Of a DNA stretch of 64,000 bases, positions 38,764 to 54,458 are shown piece after piece. The notes beneath the pieces were generated by a model. The model made no database searches. It saw only the letters and a list, made by a program, of their open reading frames with translations, and was not told the origin of the DNA. This DNA is from Raillietiella orientalis (taxonomy: Eukaryota), in contig JAYWIR010000037.1 in the NCBI GenBank assembly GCA_036172245.1, positions 2,108,001 to 2,172,000 of the forward strand, written 5' to 3'. The position numbers were made by a program, and so were the translations under genes. Within the stretch, counting starts at the first letter, position 1, and each line of letters opens with the position of its first letter.

Positions 38764-41739
38764 CATACATAAAAACAAACAAGCGAAAAACTGAATGCAT
38801 AATAGAGCACATGGATTCAGAAAATTTAATTACGGGATCCTTACATGTTGCATACTGGTATGGTGATCAGCTCATTTTACTAAGACACAGCACTAAGACG
38901 ACTCTCAAGACTGAACCTCTCAGCCATAGGTTATAAGAAATAGAGAAAAATAATCATACAGATTCCTTCATATTTAGGAGCTTTCATATTTAGGGAATGG
39001 CTGCTTAGTAATACGCCACAGCATCTATTATTCACCTTATTTTAAACACAGGTTATGATGGATTCAAGAATTGCAGGCATTCAAGGACTGATATGCAACA
39101 TTCATCAAGTATTTGTGATGTGCATTCCTTAAGCCATTGAACATTTCTCTATAAGATGAGTACATAAGCCGCATTTTATCTTTCCACTGGTGTTTAGGTT
39201 AAAATAGCCATCAATACTTGTGAGATATGTATTCTCTGCACATACAGACTCCAATTCCTCGAGAAATTTAAACGGATTTTCTTCGGTTTCAGTTATCGCA
39301 CAAACATAACACCAAAAAATGTACCATCTCAATAAGAATAAACTTTCAGTTGAAGCACTAAGCAAAACTTTTGTGTTTACTTCATAGGTTATCCAAATCA
39401 AGCATTGTAACTTCAAATTAAATTCAAATTAAGGCACGAATTTGCTTAAAGACACATGACCTCCTATGGTAGGTTCAAACTTTATGTAGTGATCCATACC
39501 GTTGTAAATCTGTAAACCTTATGTTTTCATATAACTATCTCACTGTCGCAGCTTCAGAAATCATACAGTCATAAGTACTCAAAAAAAAGTTGTCCTAATC
39601 TGAACCATGTTGTTTGCCAGTAATCTATTTCTCGCTATAAACAAATGCAGAATTATTGAGATGCTAGCAAGTAACACATAATTCTAGAAGAAGTTTACCC
39701 AAAGATCAATCGGGAAAGCTAATAGAAAAGGTAATAAGGGAATAAGGAAAGCTAATCGAAAGGAAAAGCAGTTCGTTGTCTGCAAGGGGATGATATCTGC
39801 ATTTTTTTAACGCAATTATTGCTTCAGTTTCAGAAATGCTAACTTACGTCTTATCATTCAAAGATAAACTATCTGATTCCTGAGAGATGACTTCTCTTTT
39901 CTCTTCTTGAGAGGCCATTTCTATAAATCCACTTTGGAAAACTTTCCTCGTAATGACCTAAGAGACGTTCCGTCCTTATGTATATCCATACCATTCCTAT
40001 AGATTACAGGAATCAGGAGAGATATACACCTTGTTGATGTCAAGGAAAAGACATGATAAAATTCTAAAGTAATTTTCAGGTTTTAGTACCCTGAATCTCC
40101 AAGGTCTTTTCCTGAAAAGATGCGTTGTTACAACCCAGTGCAAACGTTGCTATTAGTGACACGAACCAGTTACTAGCTATGAATCACTTTATGTAACATG
40201 TAACGCTAACATGTTTTGTTGCATAACTACTGGATTTATACAAATTATGCATCAAAACTAAAATTACAAATTTATTCAAATATTATTCATTTTCTTTCAA
40301 ACTGGTCAACTAAGACAGTATAAACCATAAAATAATGCAGTAAATCAAGAGATCAAACTTTATTTTCTGTATTCATACGAGTACTAAGAGCAGCTTTAAT
40401 CGTATCACAGCTGTTGTCTTCAAGCTAGAAAATTCATAAAGACAAGAAGCTCCATATTAACAGGTGACAAACAGTTGACTGTATACAAAGTCGTTAGTAT
40501 GATATAACTGTAGTCGTGTGAATCACGACTGTTCTGAACAAATCACTTTGTAAACACCAAACAAAATCTGAACTCCTTTTACTATTACATGGAAATAACT
40601 TTCCGAATAGAAAATCCCAATTCGGATTCGAAACAATTGTTCATAAAAATTCATTTAGCCATTTCCCAATGGAAATGCAAATGTTTGGCAAATTCCATTG
40701 ATTCTCTCTCCTACGTCCCAAATTCTTTGCAAACGAGTTTTGATGCCTTCGGTTCAAGTTTGAAGAAGCTGTAGATCAAAAACACCATGCTCCCTCAAAG
40801 TAATTTCTTTGTACTTTTAAACTGAACTCGAGTTAGATTTCCAAATGATAAAATTTGCATCAAAAATGAACTATTTATGAATTATCAAGGTCCTATAATG
40901 AAAGGTCAGTTCAGTTTTTCGTTTGGAGAACATAGAGTAGGGAACATAAATCTCAAGTATTCAGATGAACAATCTTGATTTTCTCTGAATAAAAACAAAC
41001 AAATATGAATATTCTTGATGAGTTTCACTTTTTTTGGTAATAATTTATTCTATCATTTTGAATTCATTTGCTTCTATGAAGAATTACATAGCAAAAAAGC
41101 GCTCAATTCAGTAAAGTAAATAATTTTGACTTCTAATTACAAGTAACCGTGTTCATTTACCATACAAACTAAAAGACACTAATTTACAATGCTCGAATAC
41201 TGCCTTGCCTGTCTGGATTTAAAAAACGGTATATCAAATAAATGTCTACGAAAATTTTTAAAATCCAAGTTCTAAAATATGAAGAAAATCTGTACTTAAA
41301 ATACTGCTAAGTCTTAAGCAAATTCCAGTTCAAATCATAGCATGCCTATTTCTTCTTTAGTCGTTTTATTAGGGCAAACTTACTGAACTCCGATTGTAAA
41401 CTAAATGAAATAATAGCTACGATGGAATAAACATCTCATAATACTCATTACTCATTAAATTATAAAGACACTTTTGAGATTATTTCATTTGATGACACGG
41501 ATATGATATGAAACAAGCAAATAATTTTTCTCTTTTTTATTGACAATAATTTTCAGTTCTGTATTCCGCTGCATGTAGTAAACAAACTTCTTTATATTTT
41601 GTACGGATATCACCTGAGTCAATTATGCTTTGTCATCACAATTGAAAAACTCAAATCTGAATCTCTTAATTTGAAGATTCTTGAGTATCAAAAGTTTTCA
41701 AAAACATTAAGAAATTATCCAAGTATAGCATCGTCGCTA

Positions 41740-41754
41740 CTTTCCGTTTCCTTC
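41740..41754 (+). promoter_or_regulatory. 5' TOP / TCT initiator of UBA52
   Basis: cta-ctttccgtttccttc, followed by a probable 5'-UTR intron ending ttttag at 41929. Confidence 0.55.
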
Positions 41755-41895
41755 GCAGAAACGTACAGCGAGGCTGTCGCTTGTGGAGTGCTGGACGGCG
41801 TTTACATAAGGCTTTTTGTGTGAGTTGAGAATGAATGCTGGCGAATTGTGTATTCCATTGTAGAAATTGAAAACTGTATTTATGCAAACCTGTAA

Positions 41896-42339
<444 letters not shown>

Positions 42340-42390
42340 CTTTATTATCACATCATTAGTATGAATAAACAATGATTTACACTGATGTGA

Positions 42391-45300
42391 TTATAATTGA
42401 GTAAGGTTACTGATGTAAGAATAATAGATATGTAAATTTGTGGGATGCACTTCTCTTAATGTTCCATTTCCTCTATCAAGATAACACTTATAAGTGTCTA
42501 GTGCAGCGGAGTTCACTGCAGGTATGTCAACAGATAACAGCTTGGAATGTACATAAGTGTGTGCAACTGCATCATGTAAAACGTATTTTTCATACAACTT
42601 TAGATCAGCTTTTTCAACATTGTTCACTGTTACACCATACATTTTTAACATTGATGGCATGACTACATCCAATGTGAGACTGGGAGTTGCAACCTTTGAG
42701 TTCTCAATTCTTGTTGATTTTGATGACAGGTCATTTGTATCAGTATCACTATCATCTGCATCAGAGCTTGAACTAAATACATTTTTTATTCAGTGAAATA
42801 TAAAACCCACTTACCCTGTGCTGCTTGTTGAACTTTTTCCTGTAACAGAAGGATTCTTACAAACATTTTTACCCCTACGATTGATTTCGATGTTTTTCCC
42901 AGGTTGTCGACGCACCACAAAAGGGCTAAAGTTTGTGGTGAAGTTTGGCATGAAATCTCTACAGTATTATGCTACTTTGGAGGAAGTAAAAACTCACCTG
43001 ACAGTGTGACTAATTTTGAAAGCAAAAAGATTGGAAAGTGTGCTGAATTCATAAGGTCTATACAGTTCTTGGTACATATCAACACTTTCATGAGCACAAA
43101 GCAATGTATTATTAACCAAGACTGGACGATGAACAAGATCAGCAGCTAATGGAAGACACTTCCTGACATTGCTGTCATACCAACTGGTCAAGCTTCTGCA
43201 TTTCTATTTATAAGACAAAGCCAAGAAGTAAACAAACCGTTTTTGTTGTTTAAACACGCTATCTATTGTGTGGTGAAGGAAATAATCTGTCTGAAAGCCC
43301 CATAAAGGAACACGATGTTCTTGCGCAACAAATAATCCCAGAAACAAGTTGATAGCATTTTGCTTGTCAGCATCTAAAAAATAAGAGCATCAAAAGGTTC
43401 CAAAAAATGACTTACCTGAAAATGTATTGCTGTAATAGCGACTCAGAGTTTGCATAATATCATTTCCTTGGGATGTCCAAGGAGATGTTTTTCGGTATGT
43501 CTTGATGCGATGCACTAATTGTGAACCACCATATTGAAGAGCTAATGTATCACCATGATCTTCATACATTCCTTCCAACACACGTATGCAATCAGAATCA
43601 AATTCCAAAGTGAGAGTGTCAATAACTCCGAGCAGATATAACTAGAACACAAACATGGAATAAATTCATAAAAAACTCTACTCATTCTTTCAAAGTGCAA
43701 TGTTTTAACCAGTTTCCAATTAATTTCAAATTAAGAATGAAGTACGTCTTCATGAGTTAATTTTTATTCATAAGTTAATTATGGATATTTATGCAGTGGC
43801 GGGCACAAAGTGATCTTGTGTTAATTGATCACAAACATGTTTATAATGACTGAATTAGACTAGCAATAAGACCATTATCAGTAAGTTACAGTATGTTACG
43901 AATATGATTGCAATTCATAAGTGTTAAGAGATACAATATCCACAAATCAGTCTGCAAATTAGCTGTATTTCATGTAATTTGAGTTATGTTGAAATTCAAC
44001 ATCACAAATCATGGTATTAAATTTTTATAAGTTATTTTGTCAATCAGTTCCAACCATGCAGTTTTTCTCATCTGGCTTCAGATTAAAATGCATACTTTTG
44101 CTATTCTGTTGAATGTTCTGCATGTATGTTTCGCAAAGAGGATTCCAAAATAGCATAGAGATCATGTTTCACTTTTATTGTGCTTAAAATGAACAGCCAC
44201 TTAAATGCGATTCAGTTCCTTATTAAGTCCTTTTCCTCCTGCACTTTCAATATGATAAGAATACTAGAAGGATCCTGCAGAAACTAACAACACTAAATTC
44301 TGGCATGACTCAAATGATAACATAAAAAAATTCCTTCTTTAAATCCTATACTTGTTCAGATTTTTCTGCTGCTTTTGAATAGCAACTATATTGAAATTAA
44401 AAAGTAAACAAATCTCTTGTTTGATACCTTCCTACTCAGACCTTCATATTCTCAATGCAGCTAATGTCAACATCTTCAACAACAATGTTCAAAAATCGAA
44501 AATCCAGCAGACATTAACCAGATAGTGCTTACATGTCTAAAAAGTATTTATCAACTCAACAACAGTGATGTGATCACCATGCTATTTGCTTCTATGAATT
44601 TGTCTTTACATCCTTTGCTCAATTTATCAATTTTAGACAAAACCATCATAACAATCTAGGGTACTCTTATCTCAATCCATCTGTAAAACTTTTTTCCCAT
44701 GTTTGTAGTGCTCAATTTCATCAGCATCTTTTCAAAGCAGCCACAATATTAGTCTGACTTAGCAATCAGAATGACAGGAATTCCTGGTTACAGAAGTGAA
44801 AATCAAATACAGGATGTAATGTTTGACTGTAGAAAGATGTAAGCTACAATACACATTCATAGAACACTGAATCTTTGCAACAAGGACATTTATTCCAAAT
44901 ATATAAACAATAGAAAGATATTTGTTTCTATCACCTATTATCACAATATACACAGAATTAAGTAGAAAAGATCCAGAAAATATGGTAAACATAGTTTCTT
45001 CTGGGTGGTATGTGTACCACCCACAAGTTCGCAAATCATAACTACTGGGGTGCAAATCATGAAAATCCTAAACAAGAGGGACTGTCACAAAAATTAATCA
45101 GTCAACTGTACAAATGCATACTTCTGTTCATGGAAGCATAAGTACCACGACAATGCTAATAAAAACACAGGAGTAGCAAACAATGACGGAAAATAATAAA
45201 AGTAAACTTTCAAACTTCAATTCAGTGTGCACTCCAGTTTGCTGGAAAAATCAGTTTTTTTAAAAAATCGTGTATTTAAACTTTGGGATGTTCATTATTT

Positions 45301-48300
45301 TGCATATGTTTTACGAACTGCCTTCAAGAAACTAAAGACATTCAAGAATTTACAAATAAATTTTACTGAAGCGATCAATAAATCAAAATATCGCTATCAT
45401 TTTAATGTGCTTAATTCACTCAGTTTGTTTTCCAAAATTCAATCAGCTAAAAGTCTAGAATAGCTGTTGCTGCATACACATCCAGTTTTTTTACCTGAAA
45501 TGCCAAAGCACATTTTCCAAGAGCAAACTGAGCAGTATTAGTTCGATCTAAGCAGTCTACACAATTTACTCTAGCTATGCCTGTTTGCACCCAGCAGTCA
45601 GTAATAGTAGGTAGGTAATGACTTCTTTCAGTAATAAATTCTGTAAAATGGTGATTTTTTCTGCGAAGCAAACTATAGTAAGTATGAAAAGAAACGAATA
45701 AACCAGTTTTTTTAACAATAGAGAATGCAATGTCTGCCAATCTTGACATGACATTGGCTTCTTTGCTCCTATGAATCAGATAATTTAAAAGTTTTATGCT
45801 ATCAATACCTCCTGCAGTCTTACAGCTTATTCATTCTTGCCATATCAAATCCAACATATTGAATACGATGAGACGGAGAAAGAAACTGATTCAAAAAATT
45901 TACAGCAGCAATTAACTCTTCACTTAATTTTGCTTCTTGGTTCTTTTGTTCTCGTCTCTTAGCCAAATTAAGAACAATAATGGGAGAGCCATAACGACAC
46001 AATAATCGGTTGAAATGAAGGGCTATTAAATAATAGTATGAGCTATGGCTTATTAATGACAAATTTACCGGCAGCTACATAACATGGATCAGCAATATCA
46101 AAGGAAATTGGAGGCTTAGGAACCATCTTGCTTAAATCTTGACTCCAGTGTGCTGGTACTGAGCCTCGTAATTGCACAAAAGATGCATAATGACCAAATT
46201 TAAATGATGATACTGAAGCATCAAACACAATCTGTTCTGTTTCCACTTCATTGGCAACATGTCCCTAAATATAAAAATATGCAAATCACTCAGTTCCAAA
46301 AATACCTCAAAATTAACACCTCTTTTTAAAAATCGGGTGCCAGCATATTTGCTAGATCGCCTAGCAAGTAAGGTCACATACAATGACTTTCCATACACAC
46401 AAATATTTGACTGGGCCACAAAACCATGAATAAGAAATAACTTCCAATCATGACAAAGAATATTATCAATAGGGTTAATGAGATGAGCATTCCAAACAAA
46501 TTGATCACATGGTTTAAAACGAACTGCTTGAAGAAAAGTGCCCTCCATTCTAAGGAAATCAAGGAGGAATATCAACTTGCACACACAATACTAATATTTC
46601 AAAGTGACTCATGCATTGAATAGAACAAGTTTAGATACACAAATGTTGAGCTTACGTTTTTGGTTTCAAGTAAGTACTACTTGTATTCTCAGAGTTTTCG
46701 CATTTGTCATGCACTAAAAAATAAAGAACATATTCACATATCAAATTACGTTTACATATTATAATTCACACCTTTATCATGCAATGTGCTAACAATGAGC
46801 AGTGAAAAATTTCTACACACCAACTGTAAAAAATACTAAACACTAAACTAATAGCTGTTCTCAAAATTGGTGATTCTTTTATTCTTTTATTATTTATTAT
46901 ATGAACTTGACAAGCAGTATTTGCTTCTATTCAAATATCTGCCCTTTTTGACTCTGCTGCATCAATTGGTAAAATTAAATTTTATAAAATAGTTTTTATA
47001 GCTTTAGCATGTTGCCACTGCAAGCCAAGTATTGATTCTATCAATTCATTTTTAAGGGAGAGTGGCTATAAAGTTCTTTAATAATTAAATAAACACAATG
47101 ATCCTGATAAAGTTTGAAATGGTTATACTTCAATTATTTTGAATCTTGCAAACTGGAATAATTAGAATAATGTTTACTGCCACTATTGAATAGCAATTTG
47201 TGTACTACACATATATTGAAACGACAACTTCAATAAATCAATGCAGCAAATTCAAAACTTTTCTGAGATAATGAAAATACAGAGCAATTTAATTACCCAT
47301 ACTAACAACTGTCTTTGTAACAACTGCACAACTGTCCATGCAGTTTATTAGTTTCAAAATAAAATCTTATCTTTACAACTGATTAGAACAGCACTGTAAT
47401 ACCTTTTGGAATTTCTTAATCACATGCTATTGAGAATCAAGTTTAGTGCCACAGTTATCTTGCCATATTTATTTGTATTTATAATATTTGAATATTTGCG
47501 AAAATAAGAAAATGATAAGATAGCATGCATTAAATTTCACATTGAAAATCAAATAATGTGAATGAATTTTTTTCCCATTATTTACTCTGTTCTATAACAT
47601 GCATGATGTCTTAAATATTTCCTTCATATATGTATCCACATAAACTAATTTCAATGCAGATGATGTCTGAATTGCATCTTATTGCATTAATCTAATCATA
47701 ATACTCTCATCTGGCATGAAACTAATGAAAAAAGCAATGAAGACTAAAAAACACAGGGAAGGAACACATAATAATAAAAAACGTCTTCACTTGGGACATG
47801 TTTTTTAGCATATATACTTTAGAAATTTTTGCTTCCTTTGAGTGGAATTCAATTTCTTAAACATTAGAAGAAAAAAAATAAAGCATCTTCAACATTCCCA
47901 ACAAAGAATAGAGTAAAATCACTCTCTCAACATGAAAATCATACATTTGTAATTCATAATCATAATTTATGACATGCTTGCAATAACATTACACACCTAT
48001 ATACTGCATTTGTGACTTGAAAAATAATTAAAACTAAATAATAGAAATATTTCTCCCTATAAAACGTGAGTACCAATTCATCATTCCATAACATTTGATA
48101 TTTTTATTCTTCGAAAAAATATCAAAAAGTACTCTTCTGTGCTGAATGTATGCAACATCAGCTTAAATTTCATTTATACATCAGAAGGCAAAATTTCAAC
48201 AATTACATAGTATTTAGAACACATCAAATACAGAAAAAATTATCATGACACAATGATTCATTCTCAATTATTTGCCCAAGATTCAATAAACATTTACAAA

Positions 48301-49255
48301 TTTAAAAAATTCGCAAACCTGGTGTATTATTGCTCTTGCCATCAATCAAACATTCAAGCTGATTTTGGGACAATAAATTATATTGGAGTGTATGAGTAAG
48401 ATCATAACTATAACTGGAAAAGTTTTATGAAAAACCATTCATCCCAAGGAATGCATTACCTATAATAAAAGTTACTTGATAAATCAATATTCTGAAATAT
48501 TTTGACATATCTTCCTTCATCTGGATGAGCTATACGAACTGACTCATTTGGTATGGCAATCATGCTAGTTTCTTCAACTTTGTATACAGCATGGTAACCA
48601 ATATTTGCAATCTTTTTACGTTTTGTAACAAGAATCATGTAATATCCTTCCAAAAAGCGCACAAATCCTAAATTCCCATAGAAATAAATGAACGAATGAA
48701 AACACTTACCAACTAATCCAAAAGCTGATGCAGTTTTTGTTAACCCACTGTTTCCACCAACTTTATTTTTATTACCTGTCTCTATCATCATAAGCAGATG
48801 ACGCATTTCTGAATATGAATAGGTAACACTATCATCTGTGATGACCAATTCCTTTGGTTCAGTTCTATCAATTTTTAATACTCTAAACTGAGTTTCACTA
48901 TTATTGGATCCAAAAAGATAGAACCTCTAACACGAAAAAAAAAATGTTATTCTCATTATTAACCATTATAAGAAAAGAGGCTATACACTTTTATAAGCAA
49001 AATGAACATTTACGAAGTTGGCATTTGGGCTTACTTATAATTCAGCAAAATTTACGGGATAAACTGGAAAAAAAAAGGTGAAACGACTATACAAAAAACT
49101 ATTATCCGGCTACTTAATAGTTTCAGTGAATCCGTTTATGATCTCTAGATATTTACTTTATTGACTTGAAACTTCGTCTGAGTACTTACGCATTTGGTTT
49201 CATACAGGACAATCCTCTGAATTGTGCAAATGAAAGGGGTGAAATCAGATTCCAT
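42391..49255 (-). CDS. FIG4: Polyphosphoinositide 5-phosphatase FIG4 (SAC domain), 14 exons, 880 aa
   Basis: Exons 49255-49190, 48926-48710, 48667-48460, 48413-48319, 46713-46656, 46549-46306, 46264-46069, 46022-45824, 45768-45495, 43641-43416, 43373-43238, 43195-42998, 42958-42815, 42772-42391, all phases consistent. Catalytic [12 protein letters not shown], plus [28 protein letters not shown]. Confidence 0.95.
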
Positions 49256-50468
49256 GGCTAAATTTTTCAACGAAATAAACTGTCTTTAAAACACGTCATT
49301 CAACTACCTGTTTTCGACTTCATAAAGCATGACACCACCGATACACTGCACCTCGAACTTCCCGAGATGAAGAATCACGGCAAGTTTCTGAAGACAGCTG
49401 AAAACCGTAATTTTTGAATATAACTGCTCATATTATATAACTGTTTTCCTAAAAACACAAAATAAACTGATAGTTCAGAATACACCAACATCAAATAGGA
49501 CTTCGTAATCGTGCCTAATTTCCAGCAAACCGGCAAACGAGCTACATCTTTCATGTATGTGGATTTATCTTCACACAAAAACATCATGCCGCATGATTGG
49601 GCTTGTAAATAAATCTAAATAAAGAAAAACAGATTTAATGCTTACCTATCAACCATGGTCTTCAATGAATTCCGTTTACTTTGATAGCTCAGCTAGTTCT
49701 CATTGAACATGTTTAACACGCATTTTTGGAGTTTTCGATGCAGATTGATTACACTTAATCGGGCATAACAAACACTACTCGATATTTCACAAATGTCGAA
49801 ATAAGGTAGAAAATGAGGACAGGGGATGCTGATTTTTGTCATCCCATTCCACTTTTCATCTTATGTACATTGTTCTACACGACCATCTTTCAAACTAATC
49901 AGTTTGTAATATTAAATTCAAAAAAAATATTTCCAAAGATCTATTCTAGTCGACCAAAGCTTTGTGGGTTGAGGACCTTCGACTCGTAGTTGCCTACTTT
50001 ATAATTTGAATAGTTCACGTTCTAGCAATTGGTTTACAGGATTTTAAGTTGGCCAATCTTTTTAAAACAATAAACAGCTTTGGAATCTGCTATACTTCCT
50101 AGAAAATCCATTTAGTCTTTGCTTCTGCAAGTGCACCTGACTCGTAACAGCTTTTGAAAAAAATTGGAGAGTTCAGATTTGTTAGTTTCCCTCGAGTTCA
50201 TTTGTTACAAAAGGAACCATAAATATTCAATTCGAGCTCTTTAACAAAATAATTTTAAGCCTTCATAGCTGGTAGTTTTTGTTCTAAAATGAAATCCTTC
50301 TCTCCCATTTCTCATTTAACCAATTCACTTATGCTCACAACAATGTGTTCATAGCATTCTCATTGATCAGTCTCTTCTTTTGGTGAGAAATATGATTTTG
50401 CTAAACACTGATAACAAGCCTCTCAAACTCATTTCCTCCTCTGCAGACATATATCTGTTTAGCACAAT

Positions 50469-53400
50469 TTTCCCCAAGTCCCACAAGGAATGGGGTAAAT
50501 TTATTTTCATATTTTATCATTCATACTACAATCACATTTATACAATACACTACCACTTTCACTTAGAAGTCCTTTGGGTCCTCTAAAGCTCTGCACTCAG
50601 GGTGGGTTTCCAGATGTTTGGTCCCGGGCGTCGTCCTCAATCCTCTTCAGGATGAATCGGCACGTCCAGGTTTGGAGTCGTCCACAGTTCCTGATACCGA
50701 TTTCCTTCTGTATCAATCCTTGGATAACTTCCATCGGGGATGCGACTCTCCTGGCTTTCCTCATCTTCAACACCTCACAAGTATGGCGGTGATGAAGAGA
50801 GCAATGGTCGTCCTCACCATGGGATTGTAACAGGGAACATTACCATTTCCCTGAAACATCCCGGCGAGGATTTCCATCACAGACTTGTTGTTTAGTCCTA
50901 TGATCCTTTTCAGGATCAGCCAGTCGCGTAGCAAAGTGGGACACGTCAAGATGTGAAGTCTCGTATCGATGTCTCCACATGCCGTGCAGTCTTCATCTTC
51001 CCGTCTTCCTGAGAAGTGCTTGAGTCTGGACCCGCTCTGCATTCCTCCATGACAGAACATCAGGAGGTAGTCCTGGGTGTCCGGCGGAAGGTCACTCCTC
51101 CAGAGCGTCGTGCCAATCGCCAACAGGTTAAATCGGTTACTCCCGTAGCGATCGGCGGCTTCTTGGAGGACACTGGTGTCTTGGTCTTCATCCTTAATAA
51201 TTCTTCGGAGGTTCAAATTGGTTACCCTGGACCATGCGAAGTCGTTGTGGTTTTTCCAGACTTCGCGAGTCTTATGGGTAAACCTACCTAACATCATCTC
51301 TATATACCGGAGTATACGAGTGTGATGTGGGTATCCTCCTCTTCTGAACTCCTGGATGCGTTGTAGGGTAACTCTGGACCGCTAGTAGATCCAGCTTCTC
51401 GTGTCCTGGGAGACCGGAAGCATCTACGGGATCACCAGGATGGATTCCTCCTGTCAGAGTTCCCTACTTTTGGGTACGATCTTGATCTTGTGCTTTCGCA
51501 CTAGCCGTTGTTTTCTTGTCCAGTTGGGGTCGATGGTTCTCCATTCCCCTGTTCGGCCTAGCAGCGCAGTCATCAGGTCTTTGGAGTTCTTCAACAACAA
51601 CGCGTAGGCCCTGGGCGCCGCATACGGCCAGTCATCCCAGTGAGTAGCGATATCCAGGATGTGTCGCGTATCCATGATTTCCATGGAATGTGCAAGCGAC
51701 TTCATCCCGGAGCCGCCTTCTTCCCTGGGACGAGACAGTTGTTTCAACCGGACTCTTGGGCGATAGTGTCCCCACAATGTCTTTCTCTGCACCTTTTCCA
51801 CTTCTCTGGTGTTTTCTTTGTTCAACCTTGCGAAGGCCGTTCCGAAGAGCACCTTTGGAAGGAGTACCCCATTCCATAGGTTGGCCTTTCGCTTCATGTC
51901 AAAGTCCAGTCGGGTGTACTTCGCTGCTTCCTCTGCCTTTTTCCCCGGGATTTCCGTCCACAGTAGCTTCGACGCAGAGCCTTCGCCAATGTAGACTCCC
52001 AGGTACTTGGCCGTGTCCACCGTTCGGAATCCTCTTCCTATGAGAGCGGAGAGGTCCAGGATTCCGACGGGCAAAAGCTGGCTCTTCTGGGCATTGATCT
52101 TCAGGTCCAGTCCTTTCATGAGCATCACCACATCCGAAAACGCTTGCTGATCCTTTTTTCCCCTGATGAAGAAGAGAAGATTATCCGCGTAGGCGAGATG
52201 GGTGAGCTTCTGGTTGTCAATATCCATCCCTTGTAGTCTCCCACTCTTCTCAATGAATGAAGGGAGGCCTCCATGTAGATAACAAACAGCATCGGACTTA
52301 GCGATTTGCCTTGCCGAACTCCTCGTTCCATCCGAATAGCTACTGTTTCCAAACCGTTGATCTTTATCCGGAAACGTTGATTCCGGAGGATCATTTCCAC
52401 GAAGGTGCTGAAGTATTCCGGAAGTCCCAGCTTTTCCAGAATCTTCAGCAGCATCCCATGGTCGATGGTGTCGAAGGCTTTCTCCATGTCGGTAAACGCC
52501 AGCACCAGGTTCTCGACGACGTATCGGCTGAGCCCCACGGTGGCCTGGGCACACTTGACATTGTCCGACATGTGTCGTCCTGGCGCTGCACATGTTTGGA
52601 CGGGAGAGATGAGCTTCGGCATGACCTTGCCTAAGCGGTTAGCCCAGATCTTTGCTAACCACTTGGCATCGCTGTTCAGGATTGAGATTGGCCTCCATTG
52701 GGTAACCTTAGTCAGGTCACCTCCTTTCGGCAACAGTCTTATCCTGCTCTCGTTGAAGGATGCAGGTAATCCGAAAGTCCTTGTCGGATGCAGAGCTTCA
52801 GCTGGTGGGACAAACGTCGGTAGGCATGCAAGTACCGCTGATAGTGAGAGATGAGGACACTATCAGGTCCCGCCGCTACATCCTTGCGTAATTCCTGAAA
52901 CGCAGTCTTCACCTCTTCCTCGGAAAAATCCTCCTCCAGTCTCTTCCGCTGGATATTGCCAACCTTCCTTTTCAAATGACTCAAGAAGGTCTTCTGTATC
53001 GCCTGACTCAGATGATCGCGACGAAATTGTCTCGTGTAATGCCTTTCGAATGCATCCACGATGTCCTCCGACGTGTGTCATCTGTGGTCGCCGTACTGAA
53101 TCCGAAAGATATCTGTGGCCAGATTCTTCTTCTCCAGTACGCCGACTTCTTCTTTTATGCTATGGAAGAGTACCGACTCTCGTACTGATCAAAGTACTTT
53201 GAGAGGGAGCGATCTTGAATGTTCAGCTCCCGGTACGCCTCCTGCCTCAATCTCCTATCTCCGAATTGCATATTTGCAAAGAGATGGATCCTGTGCTTCA
53301 GGCTGTCCAGTCGGCGACTCTTCGGATCGTGGTGGTCTTCAGAATCGCCTCCAGGACCTCCTGATGACGGGGATGGTTCTCGAACCAGGCGGGCATACTG

Positions 53401-54458
53401 ATGAGCACCGCCCTGGTGCCTTGCCTTCGCCGAGGATTTTTCGTCCTTAGGGAAAATTGCACCAACGGGTGATCGGACAACTCGGTGGGGATGTCACGAA
53501 AACCTTGAATGCGGTTCCCTAGTTCAGTACTGTGAAGGACGTGGTCTATCGGCATGTGGCTTGCCGTTCGCCACAGCAATCCGAACTCGTCGGAAAACCG
53601 CCGATACGCCTTCCTTCCTCTGGCGTCCTGGGAACGGGTGAGTTCGTCCAGGATGTGGAGATCGCAGCAACGATCACGACGTCCTTGGGAGCGATCTTTT
53701 CCAGGAGTGCCGCATGCAGCGCCTCCGCACATCGATGTTTCTGCCTGCGTGGCCCGTGCACGTTTACCAAGAAAAGGTGAACATTATAGGACTAGGCCAG
53801 TCGTACGCTGATGATACGTCCCGGCAAGGGACAGAAGACTTCCAGAATGGTAGGGGCCAGTTGGTTCTTGACCAAGACCACCACACCTTCCGTGTTCCGT
53901 TGTCCCTCGCTGACGAACATCTGCCCATCGAAGCATCGTTCCATTTGCTGGGTGATCTGGAGAACTAGCCTGTGGGTCTCCTGCAGGCACACGATGTCTT
54001 GATGTGCGATGATCCGCACAATCCTTCTTCTTTTAACCTGGTCGATCAGACCAGTAACATTCCAGGAGGCGATGTTAATCCTCCTAGCGGTCGATAGGTT
54101 GAGGCCATAAAGGGGAAGACCTACTTCTTGGCCTTCCTGAGCTTATTCTCTCTGGGAGAGCGTGGGGCTCTTCCAGACGAAGAAGAGGGAGCGAGTTTCT
54201 CGCTGCCAGCGTCGCTCTCCGTCCCGGTGAAGTCGGCCTCCTCGGTGGAGTGTTCGGCTCGTGCGACGAGTTTTCGGGGTAACACCTCTATAGCCACCTT
54301 TGCGCAGAAGTTCGCCTTCACGTCGAGCAACTTTTCCTCCAGCTTCTCGCGCTCGGCAACCTCCACCACCTGGTTGACGGTTTCTTGTGCGTTGCAGATC
54401 TTCTGCAGGAGTTGCTCCTGCTGAGGTACGCTCTGCACTTCCATCACCTCCTCCACCA
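50469..54458 (-). mobile_element. 5'-truncated Tx1/L1-clade non-LTR retrotransposon (ORF1 C-terminus, APE-RT-CCHC ORF2), inactivated
   Basis: APE motifs IASWNVTGL, CLQETH, SDH. RT motifs PKGGDLTKVTQWRPISILNSD, DMEKAFD, RGVRQG, YADN (52180-52191), KYLGV. Zinc knuckle CTACGDIDTRLHILTC. Multiple frameshifts. 12-bp direct repeat gtttagcacaat at 50457-50468 and 54459-54470. Confidence 0.92.
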
